From Synechococcus sp. A15-28 (GTDB lineage: Bacteria; Cyanobacteriota; Cyanobacteriia; PCC-6307; Cyanobiaceae): a stretch of 32,000 nucleotides of DNA. The position numbers were made by a program, and so were the translations under genes. Numbering within the stretch: the first letter of the stretch is position 1; each line of letters begins with the position of its first letter. Shown here piece by piece: positions 8,304-16,610 of this stretch. The DNA is taken from assembly GCF_014280175.1 (NCBI RefSeq), contig NZ_CP047931.1, positions 2,160,001 through 2,192,000 on the forward strand, given 5' to 3'. The notes beneath the pieces were generated by a model. The model searched no databases. It was not told where the DNA came from and saw only the letters and a program-made list of their open reading frames with translations.

Positions 8304-10973
8304 TCAAACATCGCTTAGGCCTTGCTTGAGCTGATCAGCTGCTGCATCCAAAGCCTCAGGTAGTTTTGAACCGTCCCGGCCACCGGCCTGAGCCAGATTC
8401 GGCCGGCCGCCGCCGCCGCCACCGCAGAGCTTGGCGATGCCACCGATGAATTTGCCGGCCTGGAGCTTGGCGGCAATCACCTGCTTACCGAAGGCCGCCA
8501 CCAGGATCACCTTGCCGAGGTCAGCCGGATCCGGCAGACCACCGATCACCACAGCCGCGCCATCCCCCAACTGATCGGCCAGGCTCTGGGCGGCTCCCTG
8601 CAGACCGGCCCCATCCACGCCGTCGAGGCGTTCCACCAACAGCTGGAAGTCACCCACGGCCTCGGCCTTGGCGGCCAGAGCAGCGGCCTTGGCCACCGCA
8701 AGCTCCGCCTGAGCCGCAGCCAGCGCCTTGCCGGTGGCCTTGAGCTCCTCCTGGAGGATCGCCACTCGGTCAACGATCTCGGACGGCTGAGCCTTGAAGC
8801 GATCCCCCAGCTGCTTCACCACCGCGTCACGCTCATTCAGGTAGGCGAGCACCGCTGGGCCAGCCACAGCTTCGATGCGGCGGATGCCGGCCGCAACGCC
8901 ACTTTCCGCCACGATCTTGAATAAACCGATCTCAGCGGTGTTAGCCACATGGGTGCCGCCGCAGAGCTCCATCGATACGCCGGGCACATCAACCACCCGC
9001 ACCACATCGGCATATTTCTCGCCGAACATCGCCACAGCACCAGCCGCCTTGGCCTGCTCGATCGCCATCTCCTGCACCTCGAGGCTGTGGGCCTCAGCAA
9101 TCCAGCTGTTGATCAACGTTTCGATCTGAGTCAGTTGCTCAGGGGTGACCGCCGTCGGGCAATGGAAATCGAAGCGCAGCCTGTCGAAATCCACCAGGGA
9201 GCCCGCCTGACCGATGCCCGAATCCACCACCTGCTTCAAGGCAGCCTGCAGGAGGTGAGTGGCGGTGTGATTGGCCTGGGCCCGCCGGCGGCACGTGCGA
9301 TCCACCTGGGCATTGACGGCGTCACCCAGGGCCAATTGACCCCGTTCGATCCGTCCTGAATGCACGAACACATCCCGACTGCGACTCACGGAGTCGATGG
9401 CCACGATGACGTCGATACCACTGAGCGATCCGCGATCCCCGACCTGGCCGCCGCCTTCGCCATAGAAGGGAGTGCTGTCGAGCACCACCTGAACGACGTC
9501 TCCGGCCGACGCCGATGAGGCCGGTGCACCATTCACCACCAGGGCCTGCACCGTGCCGGCATGGTCCAAGGCGTCGTATCCCTTGAACGCCGTCGAACTC
9601 TGCTCACCAGCCACCTGCTCGATCGCATCCTGGAGGGTGAGGTCGATGCTCACCGCGGCCGCCTTGGCGCGCTGGCGCTGCTCCTCCATTGCCGCCTCGA
9701 ACCCATCAAGGTCGACTGCCAAGCCCTGATCCTCCGCGATTTCCTGGGTGAGCTCAAGCGGGAAGCCATAGGTGTCGTACAGCTCAAAGGCCTGGGCACC
9801 GCTGATCTGGGTGGGCTTGGAGGCCAGCACCTCCGCCAGCAGCTTCTCGCCCCGCTCCAGGGTCTCCAGGAAGCGCGCTTCCTCCCGCTGCAATTCGGCC
9901 AGGATCACTTCCTGGCGCTCGATGACGCTGGGGTGAGCCCCCTTGAGCAATGCAATCGCCGCCGCCCCCATGGTGACGAGGAAGGGCTTATCGATGCCCA
10001 GTAGACGTCCATGGCGCACCACCCGCCGGAGCAGGCGCCGCAGGATGTAGCCGCGGCCCAGGTTGCTGGCGGTGACGCCATCGCAGATCAGCTGTGTCAC
10101 CGCACGGCTGTGGTCGCCGATCACCTTCAACGACGTCTTGCCCTTCTCGTCGAGCTGGTGGTAGTCGACCCCCGCCAGATCCGCGGCCGCCTGGATCAGC
10201 GGAAAGATCAGATCGGTTTCGTAGTTGTTGGGAACCTTCTGCAGGATCTGCGCCATCCGCTCGAGGCCCATACCCGTGTCGATGTTGCGGTTGGCCAGCG
10301 GCGTGAGGGTGCCCTCGGCATCGCGGTTGTACTGCATGAACACCAGGTTGTAGAACTCGATGAAACGGTCGTCGTCCTCGAGATCGATGCCCTCATCCCC
10401 CAGTTCCGGCTTGAAGTCGTAGTAGATCTCCGAACAGGGGCCGCAGGGGCCGGTAGGGCCGGAGGCCCAGAAGTTGTCGGCCTCATCCATGCGGATGATC
10501 CGCTTGGGGTTGACCCCCACCACATCGCGCCAGATCTGCTCGGCTTCGTCGTCGTCCCGGAACACACTCACCACCAGATTCCTGGGATCGATGCCATACA
10601 CCTGGGTGCTGAGTTCCCAGGCCCATTCGATCGCCTGCTGCTTGAAGTAGTCCCCAAACGAGAAGTTGCCCAGCATCTCGAAAAAGGTGTGATGCCGCGC
10701 CGTGCGGCCCACGTTTTCGATGTCGTTGGTGCGAATGCACTTCTGCGAACTGGTGGCCCGCGGCGCCGGCCGCTGCTGCTGCCCCAGAAACACCGGCTTG
10801 AAGGGCAGCATGCCGGCGATGGTGAGCAGCACCGTCGGATCCTCGGGAATCAACGAGGCGCTGGCCATGCGCTGGTGACCGCGCTCGGCATAGAAGCTCA
10901 GAAAAGCCTCTCGGATGTCCTCCCCGCTGCGGGGCGCTGACGCTGCAGAAGGCGACGATTCGGCGGCGGCCAT
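8304..10973 (-). CDS. alaS: alanine--tRNA ligase
   Basis: Class II AlaRS over its full length: FLSFYAERGHQRMASASLIPEDPTVLLTIAGM, HHTFFEMLGNFSFGDYFK, editing-domain HTATHLL and CGGTHV, C-terminal GGGGGGRP. The start is ambiguous: ATG 10973 (889 aa) or ATG 11000 (898 aa). The 948-aa track ORF (to 11150) would run into the divergent gene. Confidence 0.95.
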   Translation of the reverse strand: MAAAESSPSAASAPRSGEDIREAFLSFYAERGHQRMASASLIPEDPTVLLTIAGMLPFKPVFLGQQQRPAPRATSSQKCIRTNDIENVGRTARHHTFFEMLGNFSFGDYFKQQAIEWAWELSTQVYGIDPRNLVVSVFRDDDEAEQIWRDVVGVNPKRIIRMDEADNFWASGPTGPCGPCSEIYYDFKPELGDEGIDLEDDDRFIEFYNLVFMQYNRDAEGTLTPLANRNIDTGMGLERMAQILQKVPNNYETDLIFPLIQAAADLAGVDYHQLDEKGKTSLKVIGDHSRAVTQLICDGVTASNLGRGYILRRLLRRVVRHGRLLGIDKPFLVTMGAAAIALLKGAHPSVIERQEVILAELQREEARFLETLERGEKLLAEVLASKPTQISGAQAFELYDTYGFPLELTQEIAEDQGLAVDLDGFEAAMEEQRQRAKAAAVSIDLTLQDAIEQVAGEQSSTAFKGYDALDHAGTVQALVVNGAPASSASAGDVVQVVLDSTPFYGEGGGQVGDRGSLSGIDVIVAIDSVSRSRDVFVHSGRIERGQLALGDAVNAQVDRTCRRRAQANHTATHLLQAALKQVVDSGIGQAGSLVDFDRLRFDFHCPTAVTPEQLTQIETLINSWIAEAHSLEVQEMAIEQAKAAGAVAMFGEKYADVVRVVDVPGVSMELCGGTHVANTAEIGLFKIVAESGVAAGIRRIEAVAGPAVLAYLNERDAVVKQLGDRFKAQPSEIVDRVAILQEELKATGKALAAAQAELAVAKAAALAAKAEAVGDFQLLVERLDGVDGAGLQGAAQSLADQLGDGAAVVIGGLPDPADLGKVILVAAFGKQVIAAKLQAGKFIGGIAKLCGGGGGGRPNLAQAGGRDGSKLPEALDAAADQLKQGLSDV

Positions 10974-11025
10974 GGAAGGAGATGGGGATCCAGCGGTCAT
11001 GATCGCCTGAGAGCCGTCGGCACCC

Positions 11026-11415
11026 TTGCCTGCACAGCCCGATGACGCTGACATCCGCTCCCGACTGCGGCTGCAGTCGATCGGATGGGCCCTGCTCGCT
11101 GGCCTCGGCGCTGCCGTGCTCGGCCTGGCCTGGGGCCTGGAGGACGCCATCCGTTCCGGTGGCTGTGGCCTGTTCTATGGATTGCTGGCCTTCCACCTGC
11201 AACGTGTCGATCCCGATGACAGCCACCTGCAGGCCGGCCTTGTAGGGGCCATCTGCGGTGTGCGGAGCCTTGGCCTTCCCCTGACTCTTGACAACTGGCA
11301 GGCAGACGCTCTGGCATCATTGGTACTGGAGCTCCTCCAGGCTTGGCTGCCGTTGATCGGCAGTGCTGTCCTGCTCCACGGCACCCACCGCTTCCTGCCC
11401 GCGTCGCGGCCATGA
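11026..11415 (+). CDS. small hydrophobic (multi-pass membrane) hypothetical protein
   Basis: 129 codons with 3-4 hydrophobic segments (IGWALLAGLGAAVLGLAWGL, LASLVLELLQAWLPLIGSAVLL) and high third-position GC like neighbouring genes. Its stop, TGA 11413-11415, overlaps the SNF2 ATG at 11412. The only start in the track is TTG 11026 and there is no in-frame ATG, so the start is uncertain. Confidence 0.4.
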   Translation: MPAQPDDADIRSRLRLQSIGWALLAGLGAAVLGLAWGLEDAIRSGGCGLFYGLLAFHLQRVDPDDSHLQAGLVGAICGVRSLGLPLTLDNWQADALASLVLELLQAWLPLIGSAVLLHGTHRFLPASRP

Positions 11416-14400
11416 GCCTGCTGCACGCCACCTGGCTTCCCGCCATCCGTACCTCTGGCAGTTCCGGCCAACCGGCACTGCTCATTTGGGCTGACACCTG
11501 GCGGGTGGCCACACCGGAAGGCCCCGGCCTCACCCCGGCGCTGCATCCCTTCACCTTGGAGCCTGCAGACCTCAAGGCCTGGCTGCAGGAGCGCGACCTG
11601 TTGCCGGGGGGCAGCATCGATGCCACCGCCTGCCTCACCCTGCCCAGCCGCACGGTGAAGCCGCGCAAGAGCCGCAGTAAGTCGGCCGAACCACCCCCGG
11701 AAGAACCAGCCTGGACCGGCCTGCCGATGCAAGCCGGAGAACCGATCCCCAAGCAGACCGAATGGTGGCCGTGGCAGGTCCAAGGGCTAGCCGTGGAACC
11801 CTCGGCAGCAACGGAGTGGCTTTCACGGCTGCCCCTGTCTGGACGACATCCGGACCTGGCCGATGAACTGCGTTGGTGGAGCCATCTGCAGCGCTGGGCC
11901 CTCAGCCTGGTGGCCCGGGGACGCTGGATTCCCCAGATGGAACTGAGCAAAGGTGAGGGGTACCCCCACCGAGCCCGCTGGGTACCGCTGCTCAACCGGG
12001 AGGAGGACCGCCGGCGGCTGGAGGATCTGGCCGCCAGTCTGCCGCTGGTGGCCACCTGCGCCCTGCCCTGGCGGGAACCCCTGGGGCGGCGCAGCAATCG
12101 CATGACACGGCTGCGACCGGAGGCCATGCGTGCCGCCAACCCAGTGGCCTGCTGCCGGCCCCGCAGCGGCCGCCTGCGAGTGGCCACGCTGCTGGAGGAT
12201 CTGGTGGACGCGCAGCTGCGCAGAAGCTTCCAACCCAGCACCGATGGCCTCGATCCCCTGCTGACTCTCTGGCAGGAGGCCCTGGGCTCCGAGACCGGTG
12301 TGATCGAGATCGGCGATGAGGAGGCTGAACGGCTGGCCAGCGCCAGCTTGCATTGGCGCGAGGGCATCGCAGGCGATTTCGCCGCCGCACGCACCTGCCT
12401 CGAGCTGCACACCCCGGCCGAGGGGGAAGAACTCTGGGACCTGCGCTTCGGCCTGCAGGCGGCATCGGATCCAAGCCTCAAGCTGCCCGCAGCCGCGGCC
12501 TGGGCCTCCGGCGCCGACAAGCTTCAGCTGGGGGATGTGACGGTGGAGCAGCCCGGCGAAGTTCTGCTGGAGGGCCTGGGACGCGCCCTCACCGTGTTCC
12601 CCCCGATCGAACGCGGTCTGGAGACCGCCACCCCGGACACGATGCAACTGACCCCCGCCGAAGCCTTCGTGCTGGTGCGGACCGCCGCACGTCAGCTGCG
12701 GGATGCCGGCGTTGGCGTCGAGCTGCCCCCCAGCCTCTCGGGTGGCCTGGCCAGCCGTTTGGGACTGGCGATCAAGGCGGAGCTGCCGGAACGATCCAGC
12801 GGCTTCACCCTCGGCGAATCGCTGGACTGGAACTGGGATCTGATGATCGGAGGGGTGACGCTCACCCTGCGGGAACTGGAGCGGCTCAGTGGTAAACGCA
12901 GCCCCCTTGTGCGCCACAAAGGGGCCTGGATTGAACTGCGACCAAACGACCTGAGAAACGCCGAACGCTTCTGCGGCGCCAACCCGGAGCTCAGCCTGGA
13001 CGATGCCCTGCGGATCACCGCCACCGAGGGCGATCTGCTGATGCGACTTCCGGTGCACCGCTTTGACGCCGGCCCCAGGTTGCAGGCGGTGCTGGAGCAA
13101 TACCACCAGCAGAAGGCCCCCGATCCGCTGCCGGCGCCGGAAGGGTTCTGCGGGCAACTGCGGCCTTACCAGGAACGGGGCCTGGGTTGGCTGGCCTTCC
13201 TCAACCGTTTCGACCAGGGGGCTTGCCTGGCGGACGACATGGGTCTGGGCAAAACCATCCAGCTGCTGGCCTTCCTGCAGCACCTCAAGGCGGAACAGGA
13301 GCTGAAGCGCCCGGTGCTGCTGGTGGCGCCGACGTCAGTCCTCACCAACTGGCGGCGGGAGGCGGAGGCCTTCACTCCGGAGCTGGCGGTGCGCGAGCAC
13401 TACGGGCCCCGTCGTCCCTCCACCCCGGCAGCCTTGAAGAAGGCGTTGAAGGACATCGACCTGGTGCTCACCAGCTACGGCCTGCTGCAACGGGACAGTG
13501 AACTGCTCGAGTCCCAGGATTGGCAGGGGGTTGTGATCGACGAAGCCCAGGCGATCAAGAATCCCAGCGCCAAGCAGAGCCAGGCCGCCCGCGACCTGGC
13601 CAGGCCAGCCAAAGGCAACCGCTTCCGCATCGCCCTAACCGGCACACCGGTGGAGAACCGGGTCAGCGAGCTCTGGGCCCTGATGGATTTCCTCAATCCC
13701 AAGGTGCTGGGGGAAGAGGACTTCTTCCGTCAGCGCTACCGGATGCCAATCGAGCGCTACGGCGACATGGCCTCCCTGCGGGACTTGAAGGCTCGGGTCG
13801 GGCCCTTCATCCTGCGCCGCCTGAAAACCGACAAAGCGATCATTTCCGATCTGCCCGAGAAGGTGGAACTCAGTGAATGGGTGGGGCTCAGCAAGGAGCA
13901 GAAGTCGCTGTACAGCAAAACCGTGGAAGACACCCTGGATGCCATTGCCCGGGCCCCCCGCGGTCAACGCCACGGCCAGGTGCTGGGACTGCTCACCCGC
14001 CTGAAGCAGATCTGCAACCACCCGGCCCTGGCCTTAAGTGAAAATGCTGCGGATGAGAGCTTTCTGGGCCGTTCCGCCAAGGTGCAACGGCTTGAGGAAA
14101 TCCTCGACGAGGTCATCGAAGCGGGGGATCGGGCCTTGCTGTTCACCCAGTTCGCCGAATGGGGGCATCTGATGCAGTCCTGGATGCAACAGCGGTGGAA
14201 GGCGGAAGTGCCCTTCCTGCATGGGGGAACCCGCAAGAGCGAACGGCAGGCCATGGTGGATCGCTTCCAGGAGGATCCCCGCGGTCCGCAACTGTTCCTG
14301 TTGTCGCTCAAGGCCGGTGGAGTGGGTCTGAACCTGACCCGAGCCAGCCACGTGTTCCATGTGGACCGCTGGTGGAACCCAGCGGTGGAGAACCAGGCCA

Positions 14401-14603
14401 CAGACAGGGCCTACAGGATTGGTCAGACCAACCGGGTGATGGTGCACAAATTCATCACCCGTGGATCGGTGGAGGAAAAGATCGATCGGATGATCCGTGA
14501 GAAGTCACGCCTGGCGGAGGATGTGATCGGCTCCGGTGAAGACTGGCTGGGGAGCCTGGCCGGCGATCAACTGCGCAATCTCGTTGCCCTGGAGGACACC
14601 TGA
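11412..14603 (+). CDS. SNF2-family DEAD/DEAH-box ATPase/helicase with long N-terminal non-helicase region
   Basis: 1063 aa from the ATG at 11412 (MSLLHATWLPAIR). SNF2 motifs are present: LADDMGLGKTIQ (I), VVIDEAQAIKN (II), ALTGTPVENR (III), LKAGGVGLNLTRASHVFHVDRWWNPAVENQATDRAYRIGQ (V/VI). The N-terminal ~560 aa includes the segment typical of bacterial SNF2-associated regions (LDWNWDLMIGGVTLTLRELERLS...KGAWIELRP). Confidence 0.9.
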   Translation: MSLLHATWLPAIRTSGSSGQPALLIWADTWRVATPEGPGLTPALHPFTLEPADLKAWLQERDLLPGGSIDATACLTLPSRTVKPRKSRSKSAEPPPEEPAWTGLPMQAGEPIPKQTEWWPWQVQGLAVEPSAATEWLSRLPLSGRHPDLADELRWWSHLQRWALSLVARGRWIPQMELSKGEGYPHRARWVPLLNREEDRRRLEDLAASLPLVATCALPWREPLGRRSNRMTRLRPEAMRAANPVACCRPRSGRLRVATLLEDLVDAQLRRSFQPSTDGLDPLLTLWQEALGSETGVIEIGDEEAERLASASLHWREGIAGDFAAARTCLELHTPAEGEELWDLRFGLQAASDPSLKLPAAAAWASGADKLQLGDVTVEQPGEVLLEGLGRALTVFPPIERGLETATPDTMQLTPAEAFVLVRTAARQLRDAGVGVELPPSLSGGLASRLGLAIKAELPERSSGFTLGESLDWNWDLMIGGVTLTLRELERLSGKRSPLVRHKGAWIELRPNDLRNAERFCGANPELSLDDALRITATEGDLLMRLPVHRFDAGPRLQAVLEQYHQQKAPDPLPAPEGFCGQLRPYQERGLGWLAFLNRFDQGACLADDMGLGKTIQLLAFLQHLKAEQELKRPVLLVAPTSVLTNWRREAEAFTPELAVREHYGPRRPSTPAALKKALKDIDLVLTSYGLLQRDSELLESQDWQGVVIDEAQAIKNPSAKQSQAARDLARPAKGNRFRIALTGTPVENRVSELWALMDFLNPKVLGEEDFFRQRYRMPIERYGDMASLRDLKARVGPFILRRLKTDKAIISDLPEKVELSEWVGLSKEQKSLYSKTVEDTLDAIARAPRGQRHGQVLGLLTRLKQICNHPALALSENAADESFLGRSAKVQRLEEILDEVIEAGDRALLFTQFAEWGHLMQSWMQQRWKAEVPFLHGGTRKSERQAMVDRFQEDPRGPQLFLLSLKAGGVGLNLTRASHVFHVDRWWNPAVENQATDRAYRIGQTNRVMVHKFITRGSVEEKIDRMIREKSRLAEDVIGSGEDWLGSLAGDQLRNLVALEDT

Positions 14604-14605
14604 CC

Positions 14606-15487
14606 ATGACCAGCACCAACGGCAACGGGATCACAACCTTCGGTGATGAGGGGCTTGGCCAGCAGCCCTGGTGGGTGGAGCAGTGGATGGAGCTGATCAA
14701 CGGCTACCGCTTCAAGAAACGGCTGGAACGGGCCTGGGGATACGCCCGCGAAGGCAACGTCACCTCAATCCGTTTTGAAGGGCGCCGGGTGCATGCCCGG
14801 GTGCAGGGCACCGGAGAAGACCCCTACAAAGTGAAGCTCTGGCTGGATGTGCTGAACGACGAAGACTGGGGCTACGTGCTGGAAGCGTTGACCCAGAAAG
14901 CCCGTTGGTCGGCTCAGCTGCTGGCTGGAATCATGCCGTCGGACATCGAGCGGGCCTTCGCCGCCAGTGGCAAACGCCTGTTCCCGTTCAAGCTGCAAGA
15001 GGTGCGCAGCGAGTGCAGTTGCCCGGACAAAGCCAACCCCTGCAAGCACATCAGTGCCGTGTACTTCCTGATGGGGGATCGCTTCAGCGAGGACCCCTTC
15101 GTGCTGTTCCAGCTGCGGGGGCGCAACCGCAGCAAGCTGCTGGAGGATCTGGCGGAACAGCGCCGCGAGGTGCTCACCAAGCTGGCGGAGCAGGCCAGTG
15201 CTGCTGACGACGACACACCAGCGGACGAGCCCGCACCGCTGCCCCCTCACCCCGCCGTGCTGGATCCAGCCCTGTGGTGGCGCTACGAACGCAGCCTGGA
15301 TGGCGATCTGGTGGTGATCACAGCAGCGCTGGAGGGGGACACCGGTCTGGACGCAGCCGGTGAACTTCCCCTGGCGGAAGATCCACGCTTTCCAGAGGCA
15401 CGGGACACCTTCCTCACCAACCTGCGAGCCCACGGCCAGGCCAGTGCCCAGAGCGCCATGGTGCAAGCCATGACTGCCGGCAGCTGA
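14606..15487 (+). CDS. SWIM zinc-finger protein
   Basis: The ATG lies 2 nt after the SNF2 stop. A canonical SWIM CxCx(n)CxH motif is present (CSCPDKANPCKH), followed by ISAVYFLMGDRFSEDPFVLFQLRG, as in SNF2-associated bacterial SWIM proteins. Confidence 0.85.
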   Translation: MTSTNGNGITTFGDEGLGQQPWWVEQWMELINGYRFKKRLERAWGYAREGNVTSIRFEGRRVHARVQGTGEDPYKVKLWLDVLNDEDWGYVLEALTQKARWSAQLLAGIMPSDIERAFAASGKRLFPFKLQEVRSECSCPDKANPCKHISAVYFLMGDRFSEDPFVLFQLRGRNRSKLLEDLAEQRREVLTKLAEQASAADDDTPADEPAPLPPHPAVLDPALWWRYERSLDGDLVVITAALEGDTGLDAAGELPLAEDPRFPEARDTFLTNLRAHGQASAQSAMVQAMTAGS

Positions 15488-15494
15488 GACATTG

Positions 15495-15971
15495 ATGGAG
15501 GAGGCGCCCTGGCTGAGCGCAGAAAAGCGGGGCCTGGCAGCCCTTCTGCTGAGCTCCCATCAGCGGGCCTTCGGGATGCCGTTGATCGCAACGGCACGGC
15601 CGGGACAATCGACACGGCTGTGCTGTCAGGAGCTGTTCAGCAGCAGCTTTCCAGTGCTGGCCCACGGCATTGGCGACGACCCATTGGTGGTGTACGCCAA
15701 TGCCGCAGCGCTTCAACTCTGGGGGCGGCGCTGGGCGGACATGGTCGGCATGCCATCGAAGCTCACGGCTCCGGATGAAGTGCGATCGGAACGGCGACGG
15801 GCACTGCGACAGGCCCAAACCGAGGACGCCATCCGTGGCTATGGGGGTGTCCGCATCGATCACGATGGGCGGCGTTTCATGATCCGCAATGCCCGGATCT
15901 GGACCTTGTGGGATGAGGAACAGCGCAGCTGCGGCCAGGCCGCCTGCTTCAGCGATTGGTGGTGGATCTGA
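15495..15971 (+). CDS. stand-alone MEKHLA (PAS-like) domain protein
   Basis: 158 aa from the ATG at 15495; the track start at 15492 is TTG. By eye the C-terminal ~100 aa align with the MEKHLA domain of plant HD-ZIP III proteins (PLVVYANAAALQLWG, YGGVRIDHDGRRFMIRNARIWTLWDEE, ACFSDWWWI). It starts 7 nt after the SWIM stop. Confidence 0.8.
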   Translation: MEEAPWLSAEKRGLAALLLSSHQRAFGMPLIATARPGQSTRLCCQELFSSSFPVLAHGIGDDPLVVYANAAALQLWGRRWADMVGMPSKLTAPDEVRSERRRALRQAQTEDAIRGYGGVRIDHDGRRFMIRNARIWTLWDEEQRSCGQAACFSDWWWI

Positions 15972-16137
15972 ATCGGTACGGTTTTGACACCATTCCAGTC
16001 GTACCAGCCGAACTGAGGTGTGCAGACCGAATCAAAATGGACGGTTCACACCCTTCTGATTCTCATCCAACCGGCGCAGATTGTCGTTGCGGGCGATCAA
16101 CCCAGTCCGCAGATGTTCACTCTTCGGAGCAACAACC

Positions 16138-16524
16138 ATGCTGACCCTGCGCCAATCCCCCTTTGACCTATTCGAACGTCTTGAACAGCAAATCGCCACC
16201 GCTGAGCGGGTGCCCAACGCCGAAATCGTCGAAACCGAAAACGGCTACGTCGTACGGCTTGAGTTGCCCGGCGTTCAGCGGGACACCATCGACATCAAAG
16301 CCACCGATCGCAACCTGGTGATCAGCGCTGAGCGCGCGGCCCATGGCGATGAGGCAACCGTTCTGATGAGCGAGTTCCGCAGCGGCACCTGGAGCCGCAG
16401 CTTCCGCTTCCCCCACAGCCTCAACCGGGAGGACCTCACCGCCAATTTCCGCGACGGCATCCTCGAGATCACGGCCGACAAGGCTGTGGAGCACACCAGC
16501 GTCACCGTTCAACTGGAGAACTGA
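16138..16524 (+). CDS. hspA: HSP20/alpha-crystallin small heat-shock protein
   Basis: 128 aa from the ATG at 16138 (MLTLRQSPFDLFERLEQ). The alpha-crystallin core is present: NGYVVRLELPGVQRDTIDIKATDRNLVISAER ... FRFPHSLNREDLTANFRDGILEITADK. The track extension to 16081 has no sHSP counterpart. Confidence 0.9.
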   Translation: MLTLRQSPFDLFERLEQQIATAERVPNAEIVETENGYVVRLELPGVQRDTIDIKATDRNLVISAERAAHGDEATVLMSEFRSGTWSRSFRFPHSLNREDLTANFRDGILEITADKAVEHTSVTVQLEN

Positions 16525-16571
16525 GGAGGCTTCCCACCCACGACAGGTCAACCAAGACGAACGGACAGTGA

Positions 16572-16597
16572 CCCTCGCTTCAGCGGGGGTTTTTATT
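16572..16597 (+). terminator. rho-independent terminator of hsp20
   Basis: CCCTCGC (16572-16578) pairs with GCGGGGG (16583-16589): 7 bp including one G-T wobble, loop TTCA. It is followed directly by TTTTTATT (16590-16597), 48 nt after the hsp20 stop. Confidence 0.6.
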
Positions 16598-16610
16598 GAC
16601 CCACGACCGC

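Noticed and set aside
10997-13283. Very long ORFs antisense to or overlapping alaS and the SNF2 gene (507 aa at 10997-12520, 486 aa at 11823-13283, 309 aa at 10011-10940, and others)
   Set aside because: The translations are low-complexity and Arg/Pro/Gly/Ala/Ser-rich, with no recognisable motifs. They lie opposite genes with unambiguous full-length homology. Stop-codon depletion in about 60-65% GC DNA routinely produces such shadow ORFs.
15984-15989. TTGACA hexamer upstream of hsp20 as a -35 element; search for a CIRCE operator
   Set aside because: No acceptable -10 hexamer lies 16-18 nt downstream, and no TTAGCACTC-N9-GAGTGCTAA CIRCE element is present in the spacer.
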